A stretch of DNA of 64,000 nucleotides, taken from Lama glama (taxonomy: Eukaryota). The DNA lies in the NCBI GenBank assembly GCA_028534125.1, contig CM052817.1, positions 92,196,001 to 92,260,000 of the forward strand, given 5' to 3'. This document shows, piece by piece, positions 49,201-61,787 of this stretch. Numbering within the stretch: the first letter of the stretch is position 1; every line of letters begins with the position of its first letter. The notes under the pieces were generated by a model. The model saw only the letters and a list, made by a program, of their open reading frames with translations. It was not told the DNA's origin and made no database searches. A program made the position numbers and the translations under genes.

Positions 49201-52200
49201 AAGAATGTGGCATATATGTTTTGGAAGACAAATGGTCATCCAAATACTGAACACTAGATTTAAGCAAACTTACTGAAAAGCCCTGTACGTGATCAGACCA
49301 TCATGTCCCCTCGCTACAAGGTGAGCGCCTTCCCTGAAGGACGCAAGCGGAACATGCTACCAGTAGACAAACTGTACCCAAGAAAGACAGAGGAGGAAGA
49401 GGCTGGGTGGACCGATCTCTATACTGAGTGGCTCTTTCTTCCCTGGGGTGAAGTACAGAGTGAGGGTAAGGCCAGAGGTTTTATGCCATTGAGTCTCCTC
49501 CCATGCGTTTGGGGAAGAAAGGGTCTCTCCTAACAGGGAAGCTGAAAAAATATTTCTGGCATGAGACCCTGGTTTCTTCACTGGTTAAATGAACAGGTTA
49601 GACTAGGTAGGCCCCAAATATGCGAAACAATTCCAACTATAATATTCATGGCTTAAACTTTTGGTTATTCGGGTTATGTGGGAAGTTTCCACAGGCAGTG
49701 CTGTATTTCCTGCTTTCTAGCCCCAGTTTTCATCACTTGGGTCCCAGAGAACTTGTCTCTACCTTGCAAGTCCCTCATCCAGCTAACCAGGTCTGGGAAG
49801 CGGGTAGCCTTCCCAGTATCCCCAGTTTGGGACCACTGGAGGCACAGGGAATGGAACATGTGGAGTTTCGTTTGAACATTCTCTCTGCTCCCCTAATCAG
49901 CTTACTTAGAGAAAGAAGAAGCACTAGGAACTGAGAGAGTTGGAAATGAAGTCACCTGAGCCACCAGAGAACCCCTGGGAAACTGGGGTGTCTCGGCATC
50001 TTGTTCTCTGACCTCTGTTATCCCAGTTTATAGGTGAACTATGCATTTTCCTATTTTAGGCGCTCTCTGGAAGGCATCCTTTCTAAACTGTAAGGAAACT
50101 GAGTGTCCTATATGCATAAAAATAGCATCCTTAATCATCAACCAATGCACTCCGCCCACCCTCCTTGAGATGTTTCAAGAAAGCAAGCAGGGCATTCCCA
50201 TGGCCTTTAGAGGGATTTTCTCTGATTTTGTAAAGCCCTGAGCAACACTGAAGCTCTATAATAATACCAAGCTACTTTTGCATTTATTCTAGTCTTAGAT
50301 TTATACATTATAATATTAACATTATAATATTAGTTGTTTAAATTTTCATAGATTCCAAGGTTCAGAAGAGTTCTGGGGAAGTCATTTAAATTCATCCTCC
50401 TGTGGGTCTCTAGGTAGGGCTGCAACTTGGCTAACAAAGACAAATGTTTTTCTATCTGATTCGGAAAGGTCTCCAGGGGAAAGACTCTGTAACCAACCAC
50501 AGTAATCACAAGTTACTAAAGTGAGTGTGCCCCCACCTTAAGAAAGCCTGACACGTGAAGCCTAGGTGGCAGGATAATTTACTGAGATGCTAATCTGTGC
50601 TGTGTTCTCTGTAATGATGTTAGCCAGTACTATTTCCCTTCTCTGGGAGGTGGTAGAATTTACTTGTACTGTGTTCTTATTGCTTTAGTAGACAGAGGGA
50701 GGCGCAGAGAAACGTGGTGTACATGCCCATGTGCTAATTCCAAAGTCAGAATCCAACTCCTCAAGGAACAGTGGAAGGAGGCAGGCTTCTTAGAGGGTGC
50801 AGCACTGCCCTGGGAGACAGGAACAAGTAGCTATGTGTTCTCAGAAAGTGCTTTTTACCTCTTTGACCTCTGTTTGCTCAACTGTAAAATGAAAGGTTGA
50901 TTTAGTGACATGTAGGTACCTCCCTGATCTTGATTCTGTGGGATTATCAGCCTCTTTAGCTCTGACTCCCCAGGACAGCTGTGGAGCATTTGCTTAAAGG
51001 CTTTTGGGGTAGGGTGGCCAGCTTTAGCAAAGGTATATGCAGTACTTGGAAGAAACTTATATAAAAATTATTTGTTGTTTATCTGAAGTTCACATTTAAC
51101 TGGGCATCTTATATTTTATCTGTTAATCCTATTTGGGGGCACCTGTGTTTTGGGGAGACAAAAGGCTAAGGGTGGAAGAAGTTGGCTTCTGTTTATGCCT
51201 CTCGAGACTGCACCCAGTGTTCAGCAAACAAGCTTGTATATTTCCTTTCCCTGTGCGTATGCCTGCTTTATTTTTAAATTTAGAGAATGGGCATCTTGGA
51301 ATGAAAACTATGCCAGCACACTTTTCTTAAAATCTTCAAAATAAATATTTAACAGGAAAAATATAAATGGGGTCTTACCGACTTTATTCAAGGTCAAAGT
51401 TTCTAAACGTGATAGAAATTAGAGACCAGACCAACGAATCCTACGGCAAGGAGAAGCCAGCTGTTCAACTGATCAAAATGATGTAAGTTCTTCCGTACCC
51501 CCTCTCCCAGGAAGGACGTGACAGGTGTTGCCAGTGGGAGTTATATTTTCCTCCTGTCCTCAAAGTTTTTACGACACAGGAAAGCAAATGGAGTCAAGGT
51601 TCCCCCTTGTCTTTTCTGTAACACTATAGGCTTTTTGATAAATGTTCCTTTGAACTTTACATGCCTTATTTTGGAATTACGTTTAATATCACTCTATGAT
51701 TTAAGGAAATCACCTGCGAATCAAGCCAACCTGATGACATGACTTAGGCTCCCTGTGATTTCTCAACACAAAACAGGTCAGGATCTAGAATTGAATGTGG
51801 AAAGAAACAAGATTTATATTTTGTCCAATTAGTGCATATACGACCTTCGTGTAAAAGGAACATAGCCCTGGGTGAAATGACTCTTTCATTGATTTATCCC
51901 ATTTTAATCAAAGTAAGGTACCAACACACGTAGGATGCAGTAACTCACAGTCTCAAGATTGCATGCTGTTAAAATTTGTGACAAATTTTGTGTCAAATAT
52001 GTCTTCACCCATAACAAAGAGGTCACTCTATTAGTGAGTAGGTCTGGACCCCAAAGTAGAAGTCCATTGTCCAATTTTAATACTTCAGTCAGTGAGAATG
52101 ACTGACTCCTAATGCCATCAGTGCATCTATGTTTGAATTGAGATGAACATAAGGATGATGTGCAGTAAACAGGTACCCTTTAAAGATGAGTGTGCATGTG

Positions 52201-53067
52201 TGTGTTTGTGTGTGCAAGAGAGAGAGAATCTGAGAGACTGAGTGAAAGGGATTCATTTATCAATATTCAATTTTCCTCAGTGTCAACCTGATCTCTCTCT
52301 CTTTTCATACTTTACAATCTAGAAATAGGTTTGCTTTGAGTCACAGGACGTGCCCCAAACCCATCTATTTCTCTGAATTTGTTGTCAGAAGACTGTTCTT
52401 GCCTTGCATGCCTCGGACAGGTAAGTGGAAAGCATTTCAGGGCCATGAGAGAATGCCAGTGCGATCTGGCTGGGAAACACACTGAGAGTAATGGTCTGGA
52501 TTCAGGACCCTGCTTCTGAAATGCATTTCAAAAACAACATAACATGCTCAAGCATTTTCTGAGGGGCAGAACTGTCCTGCAGAATAGATAAAATGGTCCA
52601 AGGTAGACAAGTGTTTCAAAGAAACAATTTTGGGTGCTTGGCCTTGGCAGTGTCCTGATGCTAAGGAGGAGGTGGACAGTCTAGTGCAGGGCTGAGCCCC
52701 GGAAGCAGGGGCTGCACTGAAGGTGGAAAGAACTTGGATCAGACGTGATGTTGCTTAATCAGGGTTAAAGCCTTAGTCTGTTACCAGGGAGAGGAAGAGC
52801 CAGTGAATCTGATGACATAATTGCTATTTCTTTCTCTCTTAAAAAAAGAAAAGACTGGGAAAGAAGGGAAGATTGAGGAAGGGACAAAGTTGGACTCTCT
52901 GTAGGTTATTTCTGAATAATGGATATATTTTAAATGCTTATTATAATTAATCAAATCTATGCTCTTTCAGAGCAGAAAACTAAATAGATGCATCATTAAC
53001 GGCTTACTGTAAAAGTACAATCATGCAAATTTAGCACAGCTTCCTATGCATTCCAACTGCAAACTCT

Positions 53068-53270
53068 AATGATAATAGTTAACATCCTGAACTTTTCCTG
53101 GGTGCTCAAAGCTTTGCACATGTTAGTCTCCTCACACCACAGATGAGAAAACTGAGGTTTAGAGGATCGAAGTGAATCACTACATTTCAAAGTTTGTATG
53201 TGGTGTAAACAGGATTTGAATCTCTGAGGTCTAACTCCAAAGTTGTGTTCATACCCACTATGTTATATTT
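53068..53270 (-). mobile_element. MIR SINE
   Basis: ATAATAGTTAACAT..ACAGATGAGAAAACTGAGGTTTAGAG..CAGGATTTGAA..TCTAACTCCAAAG. Confidence 0.8.
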
Positions 53271-53829
53271 CTTCTGCCTCTGGGCAACAGACACATCCTT
53301 GCAATCAGGAACAGGTTTTTCTGAAGCAGCCAAAAGAGAGAAGAACCAATTTAGATGATGGGAGCAAAATTGTGGCAGAGCGCACCTCCATCACAAACAG
53401 GTCTTTGAAGATCCCAGGTGGCTGAATTGAAATAAACAGAGTGTGCTAATTGGATGCGGGGCTGGGTTTACTGACACAGCAGATCAGCAATGGGCCAGGA
53501 GCCTGTCCCTTGAAGACAGACTGAGGACAGAGCCAGCAGGAAAAGGGCCCTTGGTCACTTCATTGTCAGTAGGGGTCGTGAAAAACTGGGACACTTATGG
53601 GTGTCTCTAGATTTTAATTTTTGTCTTTTGGCTGATGGGGGATGCCAAGAGAAATAATATGAAAATAGGGCTTTTTCAAATTTCTGAAAAAATTTAGATG
53701 CGAATGCAGTATTTCCCTGGAAACAAAAGTTAGATAGGGAGAAACCATCTTCCCCTTTCCAGTGGTCTCAGAGGACGCTGACACTAACTACCATGTGGTA
53801 GCCCCACAGATAAGCAATACAGTGGGAAG

Positions 53830-54015
53830 GGCCAGAGAGACCTGGCTTTCCAGCCACGCTACTCCATGCAGGCAAGCCCCTTAAGCCCCTACACTCCATT
53901 TTCTTTGTGGTTCCATGGAATGAGAACACTGACCTTGCGGGATTATTATAAGGATGGGAGATCACGTATGATTGTACCTGGCACTGAGTAGGTACTTGAT
54001 AAATGCTTGTTACTA
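53830..54015 (+). mobile_element. MIR SINE
   Basis: GACCTGG..GGCAAG..CTTAA..GTACCTGGCAC..GTAGGTACTTGATAAATG. Confidence 0.55.
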
Positions 54016-54453
54016 CAGGTCCAGTTTTAACTGGGTGGTCAGGACACAGCTAAACCAAGAGAGGACACTGTAAAAGGCTGAACAAGAAAAAGAGGGAGGG
54101 GTGGGATGGTGGCATCTAGCCCGAGAGCCCTGCTGTCGCCTCTCCCTAACTCTGTCCTCTTAACAAGCCACGTGCAGTGTTGGATGGATGAGACCTGGTG
54201 TCTGCATAGACAACCCGAGCCAAGAGGTGATGTGACATGGAGTTACAGACTGCACATCTCCCTCTAATGAGCCAGCCTGCTCGTTAAGGATGCGGTGCGG
54301 CGCGGAGCCCAGATGGGCTGGTGTGTGCAGTTGTGCACGCCCCCTCCCGTGTGTGCGGGCGGTTGGAGCGCACGGGCAGGACCGCCAATCTCACGGTTGG
54401 TTAGTTCCCAGCCCAGCACTGGGCTGGGCTGTGGGATGTGTGCGAGAGATGGT

Positions 54454-54988
54454 TGTCAAGGACGACTGTGGGAGTCACACAGCCCTCAAGCGACTTGGGA
54501 AATGGACTCTCGTCAGCCAACCATGCTCTTGAGAGCTTGCTTAGTGAATAGGTGCCTGGGAGTGAGCTGGTTTCCCAAAGGGCTTGCCGCCCAGCTAGAT
54601 GATCACACCCTCCCCCACAGCACGCGTCTGCATGCCACACCCAGACCATACATATACACAAACCGTGCATCACGTGTCTCCCTCCTGAGAAAAGAGCAGA
54701 CATGCTTACTGTCCACAATAGAAGGTTTGGGTTTCCTCAGCTCAAGGTTTCTTTCCGGTAATGCAGCCCACTCCACGTGCAGGTATCCCCTAGCATTCTT
54801 TGCATTGCCTTACTAGAAGTGGAGCTCAGGGAACTGGCACTCAAAAGTGCTGACCCCTTGGCTACTGCTATTGTGCTGAGTGATAAAGTTCTTTGTCTCT
54901 GACCTTATATCTTCTGCTGGCCTCCGTACAACTGTGGCAGGACAACTTGCTAGCTGACAAGCAGGGTAAAATCTGACTCTTTCTGACA
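54454..54988 (+). mobile_element. ERVL solo LTR, MER76-like
   Basis: Termini TGTCA../..TGACA; 3' blocks GGCTACTGCTATTG..CTTTGTCTCTGACC..AACTGTGGCAGG..AGGGTAAAATCT; no TSD seen. Confidence 0.75.
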
Positions 54989-57900
54989 AACTGACCCATT
55001 ATAACCCAAGTTTGCACTTTCTCTGTCCTCCTTCAGTTGGTCATATGGGATGCTCCTCTGGCAATAGATGAGAGCTGGGGATAGGCACTGGGGTAACCAG
55101 GATGGGTGACAAGGGGACCTGGGCTCCCTGCTCATGCAACTTCCTCTTGCTTCTGGTTCCACTTATTTGCATCTTACAGCAAGTAACATCTGAGCCTATC
55201 TGATTTCATGATGTGGCAGTTCTACCAGAACCCAGATCCCACTGGGCAGTCCAGACGCATGACCACACAATGCTCCCTGGTCTAGCATTTTATCAGAATC
55301 ATGCCTAGAAACATGCCAGGAGCTTTCTCAAAAGGTATACAATTCTGCTATACGTAGCATGGCCTTCCTCCAGAACCCCAGCAGCCTGAGTTGTTTTTTC
55401 ACTAGGATTTACCGTAAAATCCATACTATATCTTTTTCTACTATGGGCACTTCCAACATCAGAAGGTCTCCTGGATCGTATGGTCCAAGTGACAGGCCCA
55501 CTTGCCCCACAGCCTGGAGCTGCCCCAGGGCCCATTCCTCCGCCAGGCCTCATAGCAAGCTGGCCGGCTCTGTGTCACCCGGAACACGGGCTAGAACAGC
55601 ACAGGTGTGGGATGTGGCCAAAGAGGCCTATCAGGTGCTGTGCTTCCTTCCTTGTGCTAGAGGATGCAAGACATTTGTCTTTCACTGTAGAGGGGTATCC
55701 TGGACTCCTGGAGGCTTCACTGCAGTGGCAGCTCCCTGATAGATCCTTCATCTATCTCCCCTCCAGAACATCCACGTCTTCCCAGGGCCTCCAGTGTATT
55801 GCAACCTCTGCTCATCTTTCCCAGTCAACATGATGCCAGCAACACAGTGGACGTTTCTGCAGAACGCCCCAAGAGTCCAGACCTCCTGGGACCGGATTGT
55901 AGCAGACGGTGAGTGAGTTTAAAAAAAAAAAAGCCCTAGAATATACTTGAATTATAATAAACATTGTCTCTGACTCTCCAAATCAGTGGTCATATACCAT
56001 GTACCTGAGGCGCATCCATCTGTTCTAGCAACGAAGTCACATCTGGTATGGCAGCTTTGGTCAGGATTATACTTGGCTAAGGCTGCAGTGGAGCACTGTC
56101 ATTTTCAAGGCCATACCTAGTTTCTGTAGGGGCCAGACTGGCAAGGAGGTATGTTGGGGACCACCACCTAAGTATTTTTCACGTCTTGAATGGGCACAAA
56201 TCTCCACCCCTGGAATATGATATTGCTTTTGATTTACTCTCTTAGCTGGGAACAGAGTGGGCGGAGGGCACCTTCAGAGGCTTCCATTTGGCCTTTCCTG
56301 CTGTGAGAGCCCCCCCATCCAACAGGCCACATGTCCAATGTGGGGCTTACAGCAACTGCCCAGTATATCAATTCTGATGATCCACTCAGGACCTGGAGAC
56401 ATGACTACTAGGTGGACCTATAGGCCACCCAGAGGACGCCCTGTAAGCCAGGCTTTAGCCAGGACTTTATTTCCTGGCCCTGTGAGCCCCAACTCTAAAA
56501 AGGAGCTGTGATCACACCTCAGGTCTCCAGGTGTCAGTGCTAACTCAGACCTGTGTCTGATGGCCTCAAAATATCTGGGTATCTTCCTTTCCCAGTGTAT
56601 GCAGGTCTCTGGGAAAGAACTAGGGGAATCATCATGATGTATACTTGCCACGGTGTTGCAGTTCTCTCCTCCCAGTGAAGCACTTGATGCCAACATGAAG
56701 ACTAAGTGACCCCTGACTTAAGACACTGTTGCTTCAGGGTAGGCTTCGGCATAAGCCTTCCCTGCCCGCGTGAATATTATTCCCTGATACCGGGCCCACT
56801 GCCAGGAAGGAGCTGGGACTCGGAGAGTTCATCTGGGTACATGCTAATTGGCTGACCAATAAGCTGAATGCTCTTGCTCAAAAATCTGGAAGGAATGAGT
56901 CCAGATTCTAACAGCAGGACATTTTAGTGGCTGTGCTCTGTTTCTCGGGCTAGTGGAGACCATGCTAAGAGTCACCATCTCTAGACCCACATCTGACCAC
57001 TGGGTTTGCGGTTCTAAGTTCACAGAATTTCAAAGTTAGAAGGGACCATACAAGCCATCCCATTCAACCTGACATGACCCAAAATGTTGACAAGACTGTC
57101 ACGTAGAAGTATAGACCTGGTGACATCATCCACGTTAACTCTGGTGTCACATCTGCCTCCCTTTCTGCGGCTCTGGACACAGCTAGAAGTAGTGACTAGC
57201 CCATGTTCTGGCTGTTACAATTAATTGTTGTCCAAAGTTTTCTGTGTTCAAATGTCTGGGCCCTGTGACCTGAGAGCTTACACATTGCGTGTAAATGTAG
57301 TTATCATAATAAATAATAAATTTGAAATCAAATCCCATACTAACTTCCCCTGGCCATCCCACACTCTCCTCTCTCACCATGCAATCAGCTGGCATATGGC
57401 TTAGGATATACCTGCCACACACTAGCAAAAACAAGGCACAGTTAGGGAGCATATCTGCTGTCAGGAAACCATGCAATTAATTTCAAAGTAAAAAAGTAAT
57501 TGGATTATCTGTGGCATGGCTTTCTTCATTAGTGCAGATAATTGGGAGATTTTAGTAGCATATTTCCTTCCTTCTTGAAGAAAATGCTTCTAATGTAATG
57601 ATGGGAATCCCTCTCCTTTATGCTGACACCGATTCAGAGTTTGTAGGAGTTTATGTCTGGTACCTTTAATTGGCAGGTAAAGGGTAAAGTACTAGAAAAA
57701 TGTAAGCTTGGACCATGAAAAAAAATCACTGAAACCCTAACTATCACTGCTCACCACCACCCCATGTGGACATGACATCTGCCACACACAGCCACACACA
57801 GCCACACCAGGGGTGAAGTCACACAGACGCATGCTCTCCAGAAGGAGTCAGTGGTCAGAGCCAGGCTGGCCAAGTGCAATCTGGCAGTGGAGTTAACAGA

Positions 57901-58079
57901 CTAAATCCAGGCAGGAAGGATCCTGAGGGCAAGGTCTGAGAGTCAGCAAGACCAGCAGGCTGGGGAGGTGATACCCACGATGAAAAGAGACATGCCCTGT
58001 CCTCCACGTTATGCTGCCTGCTGGCTGAGCTTGGCTCCGAGCAGGGTCACAAGGCCACATACAGGGAAGTCACCTGAGG

Positions 58080-58172
58080 AGGGTCCCTGCCACAGACTTG
58101 TTTAATCAGCATCTTTGGGATCCAGGCCCAGAATATACGTGTATGCATTTTAACAAGTTCTCTGGGTGATTC
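58080..58172. mobile_element. MER5-family fragment
   Basis: AATCAGCATCT..GGCCCAG..TGCATTTTAACAAG..GGTGATTCT. Confidence 0.6.
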
Positions 58173-61100
58173 TTTGTTTTTTGTTTTGGAAAGTTCGGGA
58201 CATCGTCATTAGAATTTGGGTGATTCCTATGCAATGAATATTTCAGACACACTTCTCTGGGCACACTGTGCACACTCCAGCGGAGGACTTCCACCTGCCT
58301 AGGTGTGAGTCCGTAGCTGACGGCGGCTGGCTCACCACTGTGGGGGGCACGTATGTCTTCACAACCCCAGTGGCACTGATATTCGCCAGGATCAAATCCA
58401 AAATGGGTTTTAATGAGCATGATCTTTTTGAGAAATGCTGTTTCAAAATCCCCAACCAGCAATGGGCAATCTCTTAAGGCAGGAAGGCTGAGACATAAGC
58501 AACAATTTATTTCCTCGGAACTGGTCAGGGTGGAGCGGCTGTCTTTTCTAGCTGGATGTGCTGAATTAGAACCATGCAAAACAAATACAGTTCCCCTGGG
58601 GCCCTGCGCATGATTTATTTCCGGATTTAATGAATGGCCACGTGCCTGGGTGAGTGGAAAATAACCTGCAGACTGGCTCATCCCTGAAGTGCAGTGGAGA
58701 AGCCACTCTCGCTGAGGCCACTGAAGGATGCTGACCCATTTCCACACCCTAATCTCCCGGCAAAGCAGGTGACACGGCGGTGGACAAGGTACAAGGCTGC
58801 CGCCTTTGCCTCTGAGAACAGTTTCTCGACAGCCTATGAAATGTCTATTGATCTGAGCATGTAGCTGATGTCAACACTGATTGTCTGATGGGAGGCTACT
58901 CAATACCACAAGGTCACGATGAGGGAAAAAATCTAATAATTCACCCTCCTGGTGCACAAAGCATCAGGTATTGTTTTCTTCCTTCTTAATAGTGTCTTTC
59001 TGTGGCTGCCAAGCGACTCTCCCCCGTCACTGGCCTTGCTGTGGGATTTAGGTCTTACATTTGCTGTTATTTACCTGTTTCTCCTCTGGCTTAACTTTTC
59101 AGATTCATGTCACAGCCAACACCTGCTTTATATGCTCTGGCCCTGCTGCAGCCTCATCGCAAAACAGGCAGGTTTAACTCCTCAAGAGAAAGCTTTTCTT
59201 CACCAGCCCTGGGATTTTTCTGAACGGCATTTCCTGCCTGTAAGGAGCACCATCTCTCTACTGAAATAATGTTTATCAGTGCTTAATTGATTTAACAGTC
59301 ACCTGCCTTGCAGGTGTCCAGTCGGACTTAAGAAATTCATTAGTTTGTAAGGTTCTGTGAGATTCACAGAGGGGATGAGGTCTGATGACGACATGTGGGC
59401 ACTGCTGCTGGAGCCCACAGAGTACTAAGAGATGAATCACACAGTGTCCCACCCCCACCCCACCACACCCCACCCCCAGGAAGGGCAGCCATCTTAAGGG
59501 GAAGCAGGGCAGTTTTTAATAACACAGAATTATCTCCATCCATATAGCTGCTCCTACCCAAAATTATGACTTAGGCAAAATTTGTATCCAGAGGTACCAC
59601 TCTTCTCTTTTTTTGCACATTATTTGCCCTTTGATTCATTCATTCTCTCCTGTCCTCCCATGCCCCTCCTTTCTCTCTATCCTTCACCCTCTGTCTCCCT
59701 CCTTCTCTAGGGAACATTCCTTGCCTGTACCCTGCTGTCAGAAAAACATAAGATAAACTGATTCACATTAAGGAATAAGTGACTAATACAGTTAACATCC
59801 CTCAATAGCATGCTATTTGAAGAGGACGATCTTAAATCAAAGGGCAAAAAATATTAGAATAGTGGATATTCACACACCAGCACAGAGGTGAGGGAAAGTG
59901 AGGTTTTCATTGTTCTGAAATAATCATACTAGTTAACATCCTTCTGCCTTTTCATTAAAGTTAATAGAAACCTGTTTTTTGGATCACACGTGAAAGGTAT
60001 CAGTTTCATTCCACATATTCACATGTGTCAGAAACACAATTCTTTGCTTTCCTTTTTTTTCTTTCTAAGCCTCCGTTCCTCTGGGGTTGCAGAAATTGAA
60101 TTTCAATTAATTTGGCTTCTCGCCTCCCATATTCCCTGGGTTGCATCTAAATTTTGGAGGCTTGCATAATGCCAGGTACTGGGAGGGTACATCTGGTCCT
60201 GGGGATCATTCTCTAGCCGTGCTGGCCTCCTCTGAGATGGCCCCCTTGCCATCTGGTCTTGGGTTATTGGTTCACCAGGGGGGCTGCTGAGTCATCCCTT
60301 GTTCCTGACCACGAGACTCCTTCCCACTCAGCTCTCTCTCAGCCACTTCCGGGACCTCCTGGGCACGTAGGTGTTAACTGCTTCTGCCACCCAAGTCCAG
60401 GCCTCAGAAATCTCCAAGAGGCTTTCCAAAATGCTGCCCCATGTCTTTGCCACTGTGTGGATCCTAGCAGCTCCCCACATGGAGGGGCATGAGAAGAGCA
60501 TTCTTTTGTCGGGTCACGTTGATGCCTGGACTTAGCCAGGAACCTGGATGCAGGACCCCTCCTTCTCTAGGCAGAACTGACCAATATGTGTTAGGAGGGC
60601 ATCTGTCTTTCCTTCCTAATACTGCTCCAGGCTGAACCTGTGGAAGGGGCACAGGAACGTTTCTCAGGGGCCCACCAGCCTCTGAGTCCTTGGAACTTTC
60701 TTCTGATTCCCTTCTTCCCCATGGCTAATTAGTTACTCGTCTTTTCTCTAATTTCTGCTGTGTTATCCTTTTCTTGAGGTCAAAAATGCAAAATGACTGA
60801 ATAGAGGGAGGAGCCAAGGATGCCAGAAAAAGGTGGATGAAGAAGGATTTTGTTATAAAACATCCAGCAAACTATAAAATACTATGCTAGCCATTAGGAG
60901 GGATAAGTATCGGAAAGCATAGGTCTTGTCTGCAAGAACCTTACACATACAAAAGTAATGCTAAATACCAATTCGGGAGTCAAATGAATTTATAAAGAAA
61001 AAAGAAGTCAGTTCATAATTGTCCCACCCCACTTTCCCTTTTCTTTTCCTTTTTTCCCTTTTCCCTCTCAAGGAATTAGGACTCAGGCTCTCAGTGGCAA

Positions 61101-61392
61101 TTTATTAAAGTTAGAAGCCAAATAGAACACTGGTCAGACTCTATCAATAAATATGACTATAGCTCAAATCTGTGATTAAACTAGAAAAAACAAAGCTTTA
61201 CCATGGAATTTACTGACTTTGTGTGGAACTGGATACAAATGAATTCTAAGACTAAAGGATGTGAACGCCCCCTTTAGAATTGGAATGTCATCTGCCTGTT
61301 TAAAGATCTGTGAATTTGGAGGCTTTGTTTTTAATATTAAACACCTAGAGCAGCAGCCACATAATTTAGGGATTGGGGTAAAAGGAGATGAT

Positions 61393-61787
61393 TGTATTAG
61401 TCAGGGTAAATCCAGCTAGCTCCTACAACAACAACCCCCAAATCCCCGTGCCTGAACACAATGAAGGTTATTTTTCACCCACCTCACAGTCCATTGTTCC
61501 CCAGACTCATCCAGGGACCTAGCCTCTGCCTTTCACTCATGGCTCCCAAATGCACCCTGGGTGTTGACATCGAGCACCTGACAAGATGGGAGACTGCGCA
61601 GGATCGGGCTGGGTGTCTTAGGGGGCTGCCTCACAGGTAATGACATGGCCTCTGCTCATCTTTCACTGGCCAAAACTTGGTCCAATGGCTCCATCTAATC
61701 AAAGGGGGCTGGGAAGTGTCATGCATCTGTGGGCCCAGGAGAAACAGGTAACAGGTTCTGTGAGCACATCGCAGCTTCTCTGCCATT
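61393..61787 (-). mobile_element. MaLR LTR (MLT1I/J-like)
   Basis: TGTATTAGTCAGGGT..CCCCAAATC..CAGGGACC..TCTGCTCA..TGGCCAAAACT..GGCTGGGAAGTGT..CTCTGCCA. Confidence 0.8.

Noticed and set aside
54295..54816. 173-aa plus-strand ORF
   Set aside because: Runs through an LTR, with no gag/pol/env or cellular similarity
58106..58747. 213-aa minus-strand ORF
   Set aside because: No recognisable homology; it ends inside a MER5 fragment and lacks supporting exon structure
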